The notes below the pieces were generated by a model that did no database searches, had not been told where the DNA came from, and saw nothing but the letters and a program-made list of their open reading frames with translations. From contig JBEIPA010000003.1 of assembly GCA_040377305.1 (NCBI GenBank), positions 32,001 through 96,000 on the forward strand: 64,000 nucleotides of DNA, read 5' to 3'. A program made the translations under genes and the position numbers. This DNA is from Flavobacteriales bacterium. GTDB taxonomy: Bacteria; Bacteroidota; Bacteroidia; Palsa-965. This document shows positions 39,447 through 50,391 of the stretch, piece by piece. The first letter of the stretch is position 1; each line of letters starts with the position of its first letter.

Positions 39447-40070
39447 TTACTTCCTGTTTCCGCCGAACAAATTACGGATGGGTGAACTACCCGATCCCGC
39501 TCTGAACACTCCATGTTCTGCACTCCGTATGTCTTCGATCGTATAGAATGCATTCGGTTGTATCGCTTCGATTTTCTCGATAATTCCTTTCATGTGTTTA
39601 CGCTGCACAATCGTGAACAACAGTTTCACAGGACCTTTTGCACCCATCCCGTCAACAACAGTTAACCCGTGATTGGACGCACGCAACATTTTGATCAACT
39701 CGGTGCTGTCAAGTTCAGTCGTGATGATGCGAATAACCTGATTGCCGAGTGCAAGGCGTTCTTCAATGCGCATTCCTACATAAGTTCCTGCTGAGAATCC
39801 GCCAGCCCACGCTAAATAAGCTGCAATGTTATCGACATGATTGAGCACTTGCTTCATCGCAATGAGCCAGATGAGGACTTCAAAAAAACCAATGACAGGA
39901 ACAATTTTCTTGAATCCTTTGTGAATGAAAATGTTCCGGAGTGTCGCGAGCGTTACGTCTGTAAGGCGCGACATAAATATCAGCAGCGGAATGATAATCC
40001 AATTAAGTGCGTCGTCGAAAGTCACGTTGCAAAGATAGTAACCAGATTCTGCGTAGCTCGCCAATATCAC
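39447..40070 (-). CDS. DUF2179/DUF5698 (UPF0316) membrane protein
   Basis: R..DVTL.TLR, GFFEVLIW, A.GF..GTYVG..IEE.LALG and G.GAKG motifs. Confidence 0.88.
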   Translation of the reverse strand: MILASYAESGYYLCNVTFDDALNWIIIPLLIFMSRLTDVTLATLRNIFIHKGFKKIVPVIGFFEVLIWLIAMKQVLNHVDNIAAYLAWAGGFSAGTYVGMRIEERLALGNQVIRIITTELDSTELIKMLRASNHGLTVVDGMGAKGPVKLLFTIVQRKHMKGIIEKIEAIQPNAFYTIEDIRSAEHGVFRAGSGSSPIRNLFGGNRK

Positions 40071-40091
40071 ATTTTATCCGAAGGATAAAAA

Positions 40092-40156
40092 AGCCCCTCT
40101 CTTTTGGAGAGGGGTTGGGGTGAGGCTTTTTGAATCTCGAAGAGCCTCACCCCAAC
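40092..40156. repeat. REP-like GC-rich palindromic element
   Basis: cccctctc-tttt-ggagagggg hairpin overlapping gttggggtgaggct (40114-40127) / agcctcaccccaac (40143-40156). Confidence 0.7.
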
Positions 40157-40159
40157 TGC

Positions 40160-42958
40160 CTACTGAACAATCAACCCCTTCGACTCAACAACTTCACCTG
40201 CAACCATGCGAATGTAGTATACGCCTGGCGCCAGGTCAGCAATATTTACCTCTGTCGTTTGATCTCCCGCGCCCATCTGGTCTTTCTGAACCGCGCGAAT
40301 TATGCGACCAAGCTCATCAAGAATCACAATTTCAACGTCGCTTGCCTTGTTTAGCGTGTACTTGATATTCACAACTTCAGTTGCCGGATTCGGATACACA
40401 TTCATTCCCAGAGTAAGCGATTGCTCCACTTCAGGTATGGTTACGATATCATTCACACTGGTAATCGTTGTTGAATAGATACCGTTTGCATGCGTCGCCA
40501 GCAATACTGTTCCATCGCTCACACGGTAATCAATCATGTCGCAAACTACAGCACCAATTGTGTTATCGCCCTGACGAACCCAAATTGTAGCAGTACCCAT
40601 CAATGTGTCAGTCGCATAAAGACCCGTGCTTGTTGCAGCGAGATAAACTGTTCCATCAGAAACCGGAATGATACTTACCCAACGAACAGATGGTCCGTTG
40701 CCGGAACCGCTGGTAACATTCTGTTCAAGATTACCAGCTTGCTTTGTCCACGTGGTTCCGCCATCAATGGAATGCCAGATGCTGTACACGATATAGTTAG
40801 AATAACAAACCATGATTTCATTTCCGTTATTCGGATTTGAAGTCACACAGGAAGTGAATCCAAGTGCCGGTGCTTGTGGCGGCGTAATATCAACCGGAGT
40901 AGGAGTGCCCACATTCGCATTATCTACGCGATAAATTCTGCGCTTGTCAGTTCCGTAGTACACGCGATTCGCAGGCGTAGTACATGCATGCAACGCTGTG
41001 ATTTTCGAATTTGCGAGTGGAACAGAATCAGCCCATTGTACCCAGTTCGTGCTGATTGAATCCCATTGATTGGTCAACGGAATCTGTGAAAGGTCGTCGT
41101 TTCTCCAAAGATGTTTCGCTCCTGCGAGATACATGATATTCTGGTTGTTCGGATCTAATGTAAACGGATTGATGAAGAGATACGCGTCTTTGTCAATACC
41201 AATCGGATCTATTCTTCGCGCACCGGTAACATTACCTGCAGCATCGAGAGTGGCCTTGTTCATCTTCCCTTTCTGAATGGAGAAGTAATACATACCGCCA
41301 CCGTTTTCAATCTGCGCATAACTTCCATCACCACCGCGTGCATGTACCCAAGGCGATGTCATCGTCGCGTTGTTCGTCCACCACGTTCCGTTATCCTGAG
41401 CGCCCGCTGCAATGATATTGCTTCCTGGCGTTCCATGATCCATTGCAATGGTGTAGAACTGCGTGGTGAAGTATCCATTATTCAGCGATGACCACGTCAC
41501 ATTCGGTGCCATGCAATCTGTTGTTTTGAAAACACCGCCATCATTGTTGTTGAACAGTACATCCGGATTCGACGGAAGGAAATAGATGCCGTGATTATCC
41601 GGGTGGTTGTTTGGCCAGCTACCGATTAATGGAAAATCAGTAAAGAGTTCGTAACCGCCAATCATTTCGGTGTTAGCAGTGTCGTTGAAACGGTTCGTGT
41701 TACGATACGTGTTTGTTCCTCCAATGAAAACCGTGTTGGAATCATCCGGTTTCACTTGTACAACCAAATCGTAACCACCTTGAGCGTTGAAGTCACTGAA
41801 AATTCCCCACTGCTGACCGGTTGGAAGATTCATGGAAAGATCTTCCCACATTCCGTTTGGACCAGATCCATCACCACCAATGTATGTGTAACGCCAGAGT
41901 GTATTATACTCCACATCGCCCTGGAAATTTGTATCAGGCATTCCCAGTCCATCAGAATTTCCCAGGAAGTATAATTCATTTTCATTCTGCGGATTGATTC
42001 CCATGACCACTCGGTTGCAAAGTGAATCACCGAACATGGAAGTTGAAATTCTGGTCCACGTTGTTCCCTGATCAACACTTCTCCAGATTCCTTTTGAAGG
42101 ACCATCGGAGCTCAGCGTTGCGTAAACAATTCCGGAATCTTTCGTTACCGCAACATCTGTGAAATAAGAATAGGCCGACAAATTTCCACCGCGAACAACA
42201 GTCCAGGAAGTTCCTCCGTTCATGCTGCGATAAATTCCACCGAGGTTCGCCACATAAACAACATCATTGACCGTGTCATTCTGATCGAGAGCAACATTCC
42301 ATTGAAAATCCCAGAACGAATCAAACGACTGCGGTGTATTGGTTACTGTAGTTGTAAGCGGAGTCCATGTCGCACCATTGTCTGTGCTTTTCAGAACACC
42401 ATTGCCAAGATAATACGCACTTCCTCCGCTTGCTGATTGACCATACGCTTCACCGGAACCGGCATACCAAACCGAATCGTGACCGGCACGCATATCCTGT
42501 GCGAGACAACTTACACCATGATAAGCAAGTGAAGGTGTCACTTTCGTCCAGGAAGTTCCTCCATCGAAGGAAGTCCATATTCCACCACTGGTTGAGCCGG
42601 CAAGCAGGTGATTCTCGTTGTTCTTGTCAATGCCAAATGCACGCGTTCGTCCGCCTACATTCCAGGGTCCACGTTGATTCCATACCGCCTGCGATTGCGT
42701 ATTCGGTCCAAATCGTGCTACCGAATGATCGCTTGGTAATGTTGCCGAGAAAGCAAGCTCCTTTTCACGAATGTGTTCGGGAATCTTTCCATCAGGACCA
42801 GCAAGGCGCATCAAGTCGTATTGTTGACGTTCCGACAGATTTTCCTCCATTGGATCACCAATTTTGAGAGGTTCACTTTCAGGAGAAGAACAGCCAGTTA
42901 AGAGGAAAACAGCGGTTCCAACGGTAATTACTGTTAAGGGAAGGAAATATTTTTTCAT
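40160..42958 (-). CDS. T9SS-secreted BNR/Asp-box beta-propeller protein
   Basis: W.QRGP.NVGGRTRA; repeated S.DGG.SW Asp-boxes; GAQDNGT, GGDG and ATHANG motifs; C-terminal VYPNP sorting domain; ATG at 42958. Confidence 0.88.
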   Translation of the reverse strand: MKKYFLPLTVITVGTAVFLLTGCSSPESEPLKIGDPMEENLSERQQYDLMRLAGPDGKIPEHIREKELAFSATLPSDHSVARFGPNTQSQAVWNQRGPWNVGGRTRAFGIDKNNENHLLAGSTSGGIWTSFDGGTSWTKVTPSLAYHGVSCLAQDMRAGHDSVWYAGSGEAYGQSASGGSAYYLGNGVLKSTDNGATWTPLTTTVTNTPQSFDSFWDFQWNVALDQNDTVNDVVYVANLGGIYRSMNGGTSWTVVRGGNLSAYSYFTDVAVTKDSGIVYATLSSDGPSKGIWRSVDQGTTWTRISTSMFGDSLCNRVVMGINPQNENELYFLGNSDGLGMPDTNFQGDVEYNTLWRYTYIGGDGSGPNGMWEDLSMNLPTGQQWGIFSDFNAQGGYDLVVQVKPDDSNTVFIGGTNTYRNTNRFNDTANTEMIGGYELFTDFPLIGSWPNNHPDNHGIYFLPSNPDVLFNNNDGGVFKTTDCMAPNVTWSSLNNGYFTTQFYTIAMDHGTPGSNIIAAGAQDNGTWWTNNATMTSPWVHARGGDGSYAQIENGGGMYYFSIQKGKMNKATLDAAGNVTGARRIDPIGIDKDAYLFINPFTLDPNNQNIMYLAGAKHLWRNDDLSQIPLTNQWDSISTNWVQWADSVPLANSKITALHACTTPANRVYYGTDKRRIYRVDNANVGTPTPVDITPPQAPALGFTSCVTSNPNNGNEIMVCYSNYIVYSIWHSIDGGTTWTKQAGNLEQNVTSGSGNGPSVRWVSIIPVSDGTVYLAATSTGLYATDTLMGTATIWVRQGDNTIGAVVCDMIDYRVSDGTVLLATHANGIYSTTITSVNDIVTIPEVEQSLTLGMNVYPNPATEVVNIKYTLNKASDVEIVILDELGRIIRAVQKDQMGAGDQTTEVNIADLAPGVYYIRMVAGEVVESKGLIVQ

Positions 42959-43002
42959 TGGGAATTGGGTTGCGTTCAAAAATACCGAAATTCGCGTCCG
43001 AA

Positions 43003-43884
43003 ATGAAGAATAGCCCAATCTCAAAGTCACTATTGAAATTACTTCCAGGAATCGCAATTATTGTGGGTTCAGTGGTAACAAACGTGTGTTTTACTTCTTG
43101 CGGTGATGGAGGTAGCTCAGATTCAACTGCGGTTGTATCAACAGATGCGGCTACTAAGGAAGACCTGATGAAAATTGTTGAAGGCGGTTGGGTAAACGTC
43201 AACTATGAAGAAGCCTTGATGCGTGTTCATTCACCCATGTTCGCCGCGGAAGCGGGTCGTCCGGTACAGGAATTGATGTTCGATCTGGCGAGAATGAAAG
43301 GCGATACGTTGTTCAATGGAACTGGTCGTTTGAATTACCTCGACGGAGAACGCTTCGATGTTGTATTCGTTTCTGAAAATGGGAATACGGTGATGAAGAT
43401 ATACGAAGGACCAGGATTGGATGCTACTGACCCAACTACACTCACATACAGAATTCAGGATGGTGACACCATGTTATGCGTTGTGAAGAAAGCAATCAAT
43501 GATTCTATCTGGTACCGTCGCGCATTTCACAAAGCACCTCAGAAATCAGGAGTTGCGCAGAACGCATTGGAGCATTTTGTGAATCAGTCTTTGTTCGCCG
43601 GAGAATGGAAAGCAACGGATGGCACAACTGTGACGTTTACTGCAGATGGTAAAGTTTCCGGTTGGGCAAGATGGACGTGGTTCAGTGTTGAGATTGACAA
43701 GTACGGATCAGATATTCAACCCGATGTAATGTCGGCATACAACGACAAGATGGGTGCAACGTACGTGTACACACTTGACAATGATCGTCTCAGTATTTAC
43801 GAGTACGATTCAAATTCCGATGATGGAATGTGGACGAGAGGAAAGTTGGTGATTGAGCTGATCAAGAAACACGTCGTTCAGTAA
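43003..43884 (+). CDS. Hypothetical lipoprotein
   Basis: ATG at 43003; lipobox FTSC. Confidence 0.7.
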   Translation: MKNSPISKSLLKLLPGIAIIVGSVVTNVCFTSCGDGGSSDSTAVVSTDAATKEDLMKIVEGGWVNVNYEEALMRVHSPMFAAEAGRPVQELMFDLARMKGDTLFNGTGRLNYLDGERFDVVFVSENGNTVMKIYEGPGLDATDPTTLTYRIQDGDTMLCVVKKAINDSIWYRRAFHKAPQKSGVAQNALEHFVNQSLFAGEWKATDGTTVTFTADGKVSGWARWTWFSVEIDKYGSDIQPDVMSAYNDKMGATYVYTLDNDRLSIYEYDSNSDDGMWTRGKLVIELIKKHVVQ

Positions 43885-44360
43885 ATCTTCCTGAGTTTTT
43901 CTGCAATCTCCAGCACCGCGGGACAAACCATCGTGTTTCGAAAGGTGAGATCCATGATCTGCACCATTTTCTTGCGATTCGTATGCGGATATTCTCTGCA
44001 CGCAGCAGGACGACCTTCGTAAATTGAACAATAGTTATCGCTTCCCAGAAACGCGCAAGGAGCTTCGTTCAAAACAAAATCTCCGTCTTCATCCATGTGC
44101 AAATACTTCTGAAGAAATGCACTAGGCGTAATTCCCAGATGCTTCGCTGCACGTTCAAGATCTTTCTGATAGAAGATGGGTGAAGTAGTCTTGCAACAGT
44201 TCGCGCAGGTGAGACAATCAATTTTCTCAAACGCTTCATCGTGGAATTGATGAACGTGTTTGTCGAGATCTTTCGGTTTCGTGCGCTTCAGTTTCGCGAA
44301 GAGTTTTTTGTTTTTCTCTTCGGATGCTTTGGCATTTTTTACGAATTCGTTCAGATCCAC
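43878..44360 (-). CDS. YkgJ family cysteine-cluster (putative Fe-S) protein
   Basis: CLTCANCC...PCAFL...CSIYE.RP.ACREYP. Probable GTG start at 44360, just after a TATATTTG -7 box. Confidence 0.88.
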   Translation of the reverse strand: MDLNEFVKNAKASEEKNKKLFAKLKRTKPKDLDKHVHQFHDEAFEKIDCLTCANCCKTTSPIFYQKDLERAAKHLGITPSAFLQKYLHMDEDGDFVLNEAPCAFLGSDNYCSIYEGRPAACREYPHTNRKKMVQIMDLTFRNTMVCPAVLEIAEKLRKIY

Positions 44361-44397
44361 ATGCAAATATACTTCACTGTCTGCCATATCTTTCGGT

Positions 44398-44931
44398 ATG
44401 AAAGCAATTGTATTAGCTGTAAGTCTACTTTCTTTATCCTGTGGCATGGCCGAGAGTTCATCGCTTGGTTCTAATGACAATCAGGGTGAGGACACTGTTA
44501 CAATCGTCCAACCGGAAACCTGGATTTACTTTTCGCAGTCGACATTTGTGAATAGCAACTTTCTTAGTGGAATAAAGACTCCTCACGTAAAGCGAAAGCT
44601 TGATGCAGATGAAAACCTGTTTTTAGATAGTATCGTCGCCGGTCATTTTAATCCACCGCTAGACACTAATCCGCAACCAAAGGTGGGCTGTTATTGGCCG
44701 AAGCACGCGATACAAATCTTCACGAGGAACTCCACTTCCGCAATAAACATTTGCTTTGAATGCAATAGTACGCGCTCATCCGATGGTTCTCTGAGTAAAG
44801 TGCCAATGAAGGCATGGGAGGTGTTCTTTCAGCGATTAGGAATTCCGGTACGAACGGGTTACCCAGAATTTTTTGCCAGAGCTCGAAATGACTCAACCTT
44901 TCGAACGCAAAATGGAGTCTTCCAGTTCTGA
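44398..44931 (+). CDS. Hypothetical lipoprotein
   Basis: ATG at 44398; lipobox SLSC; CYWPKHAI...ICFEC motif. Confidence 0.65.
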   Translation: MKAIVLAVSLLSLSCGMAESSSLGSNDNQGEDTVTIVQPETWIYFSQSTFVNSNFLSGIKTPHVKRKLDADENLFLDSIVAGHFNPPLDTNPQPKVGCYWPKHAIQIFTRNSTSAINICFECNSTRSSDGSLSKVPMKAWEVFFQRLGIPVRTGYPEFFARARNDSTFRTQNGVFQF

Positions 44932-44985
44932 GGGAATGGTTTTCACAGTTGAATTCCTTAAATTGCATTAAGCAAACTCAACACA

Positions 44986-47334
44986 ATGAAGCATCTTCTA
45001 CTTCTTTCAGCAGCCGTTCTTGCATTCGATGTCGCGAACGCGCAAACGGGATTCACCGAAAACCTCGGTCAATTCAAGAATCAGGAAGGAAAACCGGCGG
45101 ATAATGTGCTTTTCAAAGCGAGTGGAACAGGTCCCGGAATTTTCATCACCACAAATGGGTTGACGTACTTGTTCGAACAAAAGAGAGATGAGCTTGTGGT
45201 AGATCGCGATGAAGTGACTACTTCTACGATTGATTGGTCAGCCATACACATGAATCTGATCGGAGCAGATATTCGCAAAGAGAATGTGGTGATGGAAGAT
45301 GAGTTGATGGGCGTGAAGAACTACTACTATGCGCATTGTCCGAATGGAATTCTTGGCGTGAAGTCGTATCACAAAATCACAATCAAAGAAATTTATCCGG
45401 GAATTGATTGGATCATCATGGCCGATGACGTGAATGGAGTTGCACACGACTTTCTGGTTCATCCAAATGGAAATCATCAGATGATCCGAATGAATTACAC
45501 CGGATTGACTGCACCGATTTCAATGAATGAAGAAAATGAATTGACGCTTGTCTCGAAATACGGCACGATGTACGAAGGCGGATTGAAAGTCTTCATGGAC
45601 CATTCTGAAACTCCGATTCCTGCTTACTTCAATATCAAAGGAACGGAAGTCAATTATTTCATCGCGCGCAGAGGTTCTGGCAAAATGCTCATCGATCCTC
45701 CGTTGCAGTGGGACACAACAATGGCAAGTTCAGGAATGGACTATGGCTCTGGTGTTGCTGCTTGTCGCGATCAAAGCTATGATGTGTTGGGTTGCGGTTA
45801 TACAGACGGATCAGATTTTCCAATCATGAATGCCACGCAAGGCACTTTGTCGGGACAAGAAGACGCAGTTGTGTATCGACTGGATGCAAGCGGCAATCGT
45901 TTGTGGTCCACTTACTTTGGTGGTACTGATATAGACAACGCGAAAGGCATTGCAACCGATGTGAATGGAAACGCATATGTCGTGGGTCACACGAACTCAC
46001 AGGACTTACCAGTTTTGCTATCGTCGCAACCGAATTATGGGGGTGGCAATTACGATGCGTTTGTCGCAAAGTTTAATTCTTCAGGAATAAAAGTTTGGGC
46101 GAGCTGGCGTGGAGGCACAGGTGCAGATTTCGCCACCGCAATTGACTGTGATAATAGCGGAACGTGTTACGTAGTTGGTTACACCAATACAACAGTGAAT
46201 TTCCCGTTACTGAATCCAATTCAGGCAACGAAGTCAGGAGCGGCTGGAATTTATGACGGCTTTATCATGAGTTTCTCGTCCGCGCAAACGATGTTCTGGT
46301 CGACATACTATGGCGGCACTGATGAGGATAAATTCCGAGCAGTTGATGTGGAGCCAGGGGGTGGAGCAATTGCGATTGCCGGAAATACGATGTCAGGAAA
46401 TTTTCCAACAGCGGGAAATCCATTTCAGCTTCTGAATGCACAAGCATGGTTTACCTCTGATGCTGTGATAATTCAGATGACTGCGAGTCAGGTTGTGAAC
46501 TTTGCTGGATATTGCGGGGGCTATGAAGATGACGTTGCTTACGGTGTGACATTCGGAGAAAATGGAAATATTTATGCGACTGGAAGTACGATTTCACTTG
46601 ATTTTCCGAAAGTAGTTTTAGCGGGTGCATACAATGACACTTCTCAAAATGCAATCGGAGTGAGTGATGCCTTTGTTATTAAGTGCAACGGATACGGCAC
46701 GACTTTGTTCTGGTCGTCATATTTCGGTGGTACAGGAACGGATTACGGATACGGAATTGGTTACGATCAGTTTGTTGGTGTGTACGTGTGTGGCAATACG
46801 GCGTCAACAGATTTTCCGCTGCAGATTCCATTGGACAATAATTATTATCAGCCTGTTCACGGCGACGGTGGTAACTACAACGATTGCTGGATGGCATGGT
46901 TCGATGTCAATCAAAATCTCGCGTGGTCTACATATTACGGCTTCGCAAATTCAGAAGAAGCTTACGATCTCGACATTAGTCTTGTCGGTGACATTTACGT
47001 CACAGGTGTAAATTTCAACGACATCTTCATGGCGAAGTTTAATTCAGCCCTACCAACTGCTATTCCTTGCTGTGACAACGGTCCGTGGACAACTACACTT
47101 TGGCCTGTTCCAAGTACCGAGGTGCTCAACTTGATTTTCAGATGCGAAACTGACCAGTTGGCAATCATTGAGATATGGGATGTACAGGGAAGAACGGTTT
47201 TCTCTGAAATGTTCAATGCTTCAGCAGACAGAAACGACATGCAGATTGATATTTCTCAGTTCAATCGTGGCTTGTATTTCATGAAGCTTCATAAAGATGG
47301 AGAACAAGAAGTAATGAGATTTGTTAAGAATTGA
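44986..47334 (+). CDS. T9SS-secreted protein with SBBP beta-propeller repeats
   Basis: F.EN.GQ N-terminal domain; IYPGID; repeated WSTYFGG...D.A..IA.D..GN.YV.G.T.S.DFP; C-terminal sorting domain ending RFVKN. Confidence 0.88.
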   Translation: MKHLLLLSAAVLAFDVANAQTGFTENLGQFKNQEGKPADNVLFKASGTGPGIFITTNGLTYLFEQKRDELVVDRDEVTTSTIDWSAIHMNLIGADIRKENVVMEDELMGVKNYYYAHCPNGILGVKSYHKITIKEIYPGIDWIIMADDVNGVAHDFLVHPNGNHQMIRMNYTGLTAPISMNEENELTLVSKYGTMYEGGLKVFMDHSETPIPAYFNIKGTEVNYFIARRGSGKMLIDPPLQWDTTMASSGMDYGSGVAACRDQSYDVLGCGYTDGSDFPIMNATQGTLSGQEDAVVYRLDASGNRLWSTYFGGTDIDNAKGIATDVNGNAYVVGHTNSQDLPVLLSSQPNYGGGNYDAFVAKFNSSGIKVWASWRGGTGADFATAIDCDNSGTCYVVGYTNTTVNFPLLNPIQATKSGAAGIYDGFIMSFSSAQTMFWSTYYGGTDEDKFRAVDVEPGGGAIAIAGNTMSGNFPTAGNPFQLLNAQAWFTSDAVIIQMTASQVVNFAGYCGGYEDDVAYGVTFGENGNIYATGSTISLDFPKVVLAGAYNDTSQNAIGVSDAFVIKCNGYGTTLFWSSYFGGTGTDYGYGIGYDQFVGVYVCGNTASTDFPLQIPLDNNYYQPVHGDGGNYNDCWMAWFDVNQNLAWSTYYGFANSEEAYDLDISLVGDIYVTGVNFNDIFMAKFNSALPTAIPCCDNGPWTTTLWPVPSTEVLNLIFRCETDQLAIIEIWDVQGRTVFSEMFNASADRNDMQIDISQFNRGLYFMKLHKDGEQEVMRFVKN

Positions 47335-47870
47335 TGAGCCGAAAAGTCGTTCACGAATTCAGATGTCAGCAACCTCTTTCTTCATTCACGAAGACGGAGG
47401 AAGGAGACTATTGCGGTGAATGCAAAACGGTGATTATCGATTTTTCGGAGAAGACCAACAGCGAAATCATCGACATTCTGAAAGCGAACAACGGAAGCGT
47501 TTGCGGTTCTGTTCTCAGAGGTCAGTTGGAGGAATCACAGGAATCGTGTTTCGGATTCCGTAACAAAGTAGCTCTGACGGGTCTTGCTGCACTTCTCGGA
47601 ATCGGGAATGAATCTATGAGTGCACAATCTAATGAGGAAGTGAGAACAGAAATTGTTTCTCAGACCAATATTGATTCTTCGCGGACGTCGACTAACGTAG
47701 AGTCCACGTTTGTTCAACCACCAATTGAAACTCCTGAGAAGCCCGAGAAGAAAAAGAAGGAAAGGAAACGAAAAATATTTCTAAGGATTGGTTCAATTTC
47801 GTTCTATACGCAGAATGTGTTTCCGTTTATTGGGGTAAGAAGAATTGTGATGGGAAAAATGAAGTACTGA
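47334..47870 (+). CDS. Hypothetical protein with N-terminal Cys-rich domain and TM segment
   Basis: C....YCGECKTVIIDFS...CG motif, then a hydrophobic stretch and a basic tail. Confidence 0.65.
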   Translation: MSRKVVHEFRCQQPLSSFTKTEEGDYCGECKTVIIDFSEKTNSEIIDILKANNGSVCGSVLRGQLEESQESCFGFRNKVALTGLAALLGIGNESMSAQSNEEVRTEIVSQTNIDSSRTSTNVESTFVQPPIETPEKPEKKKKERKRKIFLRIGSISFYTQNVFPFIGVRRIVMGKMKY

Positions 47871-47871
47871 G

Positions 47872-48585
47872 CTACTTACTATTTGCCCGAACCACTTCTT
47901 TTACCACCGGAAAAATTTCCTTTTCCCATGCCGCATATCCTTTATCAGAAGGATGAAGATTATCGGCACTGATTAGCCAAGGATCATTTTTCACGTTCTG
48001 CGAAACAGCGAAGATGTCAACACAGCGCAATCCTCGTGCAGTCGCTTCGGCTTTGATGATTTCATTGAACGATTGCAATCCTGCACTAATATTTCTGCCA
48101 TTCGCATAGATCGGGCCCGATTTCGTAAGGCCAAAATCAGGCACAGTCAGCATCACAATATTTGTTTTTACTTTCAACGTAGTTTGGATCGTGTCAAGAA
48201 TGTAACGTAGGTTTTTTGTAAACGTTGCAGAATCGTACCCTACATTCCAGTCGTTCGTTCCAATGCAAATCGTGACAAAATCGGGTTTCGTTTCGAAGAA
48301 CACCGGCAGCTCATAATTAATGAGATCGCGACAAGTGAACCCATTTCTCGCCGGATTGTCAACCATACTAAAATTGAACCCGGAATCGACCATGTGTTTC
48401 GTCAGCAGCTCCGGCCAGGAATTTCCCGCTGTTGCACCGGATCCGATGGTATACGAATCGCCCAATGGGAGGTACTTGATTTCTTTCGCGACTGTCTTGT
48501 TACTGTCTGAATTCATACAGGATAATGAAACGCTCATCACAAGCAAAGCGACTACAAATCTGATTGCCATAGCGGGATAGTTCAT
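47872..48585 (-). CDS. SGNH/GDSL hydrolase lipoprotein
   Basis: LGDSYT, G(RNG), GTND and D.LHP catalytic blocks. Confidence 0.92.
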   Translation of the reverse strand: MNYPAMAIRFVVALLVMSVSLSCMNSDSNKTVAKEIKYLPLGDSYTIGSGATAGNSWPELLTKHMVDSGFNFSMVDNPARNGFTCRDLINYELPVFFETKPDFVTICIGTNDWNVGYDSATFTKNLRYILDTIQTTLKVKTNIVMLTVPDFGLTKSGPIYANGRNISAGLQSFNEIIKAEATARGLRCVDIFAVSQNVKNDPWLISADNLHPSDKGYAAWEKEIFPVVKEVVRANSK

Positions 48586-48624
48586 GCTAAATTCTCAATT
48601 ATCTGTGAAATGTACGCGGTAACT

Positions 48625-48756
48625 GGAATAGGGGATTGGGGAATAGGGGATTTGGTCTTGGAAATTCGGGATTTGAGGGGTGATTTTCAGGCGCTTCATT
48701 GTTTTTTCCCTCCAATCGCGGTAAACGCAACCCCTAATTCTCCAATGTCCTAATCC
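48625..48756. repeat. Octamer-periodic imperfect inverted repeat
   Basis: ggaatagg ggattggg gaataggg gattt vs ccctaatt ctccaatg tcctaatc c. Confidence 0.6.
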
Positions 48757-48841
48757 GTCTTTTCATTACCCAAAAGCTCGATTTTCTTCTTAATTTCGCG
48801 TGCCTCGCAAATGGGGCCAATCACCGCTAAATTATCATTCC

Positions 48842-50389
48842 ATGAAAGTTGGAGTACCATCTGAAGTATCATCAGGCGAATTAAGAGTTGCAGCAACTCC
48901 TAAAACCGTAAAGCGTTTGCTGAAGCAAGGCTTTGAAGTTTACATTCAGCATAACGCCGGTGTCAAAGCAAATTATTCTGACAAAGAATTTGAAGAGGCG
49001 GGAGCTAAAATAGTTCCGGCCGCTTCTGATATCTATGGCAACATGGATATCGTTCTGAAAGTAAAAGAACCAACTGCCGAAGAAGTCGGTATGATGAAAG
49101 AAGGTTTGGTTTTGTTAAGCTATTTATGGCCGGCACAAAACCAGGACCTCTTACAAAAGTTGGCCGATAAAAAAGTGAATGCCGTGGCAATGGATGCCAT
49201 TCCGCGGATTTCACGCGCACAGAAAATGGATGTCTTGTCGTCAATGGCAAACATCGCAGGATATCGTGCAGTGATTGAAGGATCTTATCACTTCGGACGC
49301 TTTTTAAACGGACAGATTACTGCCGCAGGAAAAGTAGAACCTGCGAAAGTGCTGGTGATTGGTGCCGGTGTAGCGGGACTCGCTTCCATTGGCGCTGCAA
49401 ATTCACTCGGTGCAATTGTAAGAGCATTCGATACGCGTAAGGAAGTTGCCGAACAAATTGAATCGATGGGCGCAAGTTTCCTCACGGTAGAAATTAATGA
49501 AGACGGCGCAACTGCTTCGGGTTACTCAAAAGAAATGAGTAAGGAGTTCATCGAAGCAGAGATGAAATTATTCCTCGAACAGGCGAAGGAAGTTGATATT
49601 GTAATTACAACGGCACAAATCCCTGGACGACCTGCTCCGAAATTGTGGCTCGACTATCACGTTGAGGCAATGAAGCCGGGCTCAGTTGTGGTCGATCTTG
49701 CTGCGTCAACCGGAGGTAACTGTGCATTCACGAAGAATGGTGAAATATTCACGACGCCGAATGGTGTGACCATCGTTGGTAAACTCAGTCAGTTGCCAAC
49801 TCAGGCATCTCAGCTCTACGGAAACAACCTCTGTCATTTATTGGATGACATGGGAAAGGCGGAGAAATTCAAAATTGACATGGAAGATGCTGTTGTGTCA
49901 CGCGCAATGGTAACGTATAATGGAAAGATCAATTGGCCTCCGGCTCCGTTACAGGTAAGCCCGACCGCTGGTGGCGGTGCTAAAAAAGTTGCCGCACCAA
50001 CTCCAGAAGAAACTCAAAAGACAGCTGCAGAAGCCGCTAAGAAGAAAGCCACATCAACAATCATTTCTATGGCTGTTCTTGGAGGGTTGTTATTGCTCGT
50101 TGGCGCATTTGCTCCTGCGGAATTCATCCAGCACTTCACAGTGTTTGTATTGGCAATTTTTATTGGCTGGCAGGTAATCAGTCACGTTGCGCACTCACTG
50201 CACACGCCACTTATGGCGGTTACGAATGCCATCAGTGGTATCATCGTAACAGGTGGATTGCTGCAGACGAAAAATGATCCGTCTAACATCATGACCATTC
50301 TTGCGACTGTTGCAATTCTGGTAGCCAGCATTAATATTGTTGGTGGTTTCGTTGTTACTCACCGCATGTTGAAAATGTTCCATAAATAA
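48842..50389 (+). CDS. pntA: NAD(P) transhydrogenase subunit alpha (unsplit)
   Basis: [31 protein letters not shown] and VDLAA..GGNC, plus the membrane part LHTPLM.VTNAISG, in one ORF. Confidence 0.96.
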   Translation: MKVGVPSEVSSGELRVAATPKTVKRLLKQGFEVYIQHNAGVKANYSDKEFEEAGAKIVPAASDIYGNMDIVLKVKEPTAEEVGMMKEGLVLLSYLWPAQNQDLLQKLADKKVNAVAMDAIPRISRAQKMDVLSSMANIAGYRAVIEGSYHFGRFLNGQITAAGKVEPAKVLVIGAGVAGLASIGAANSLGAIVRAFDTRKEVAEQIESMGASFLTVEINEDGATASGYSKEMSKEFIEAEMKLFLEQAKEVDIVITTAQIPGRPAPKLWLDYHVEAMKPGSVVVDLAASTGGNCAFTKNGEIFTTPNGVTIVGKLSQLPTQASQLYGNNLCHLLDDMGKAEKFKIDMEDAVVSRAMVTYNGKINWPPAPLQVSPTAGGGAKKVAAPTPEETQKTAAEAAKKKATSTIISMAVLGGLLLLVGAFAPAEFIQHFTVFVLAIFIGWQVISHVAHSLHTPLMAVTNAISGIIVTGGLLQTKNDPSNIMTILATVAILVASINIVGGFVVTHRMLKMFHK

Positions 50390-50391
50390 GA

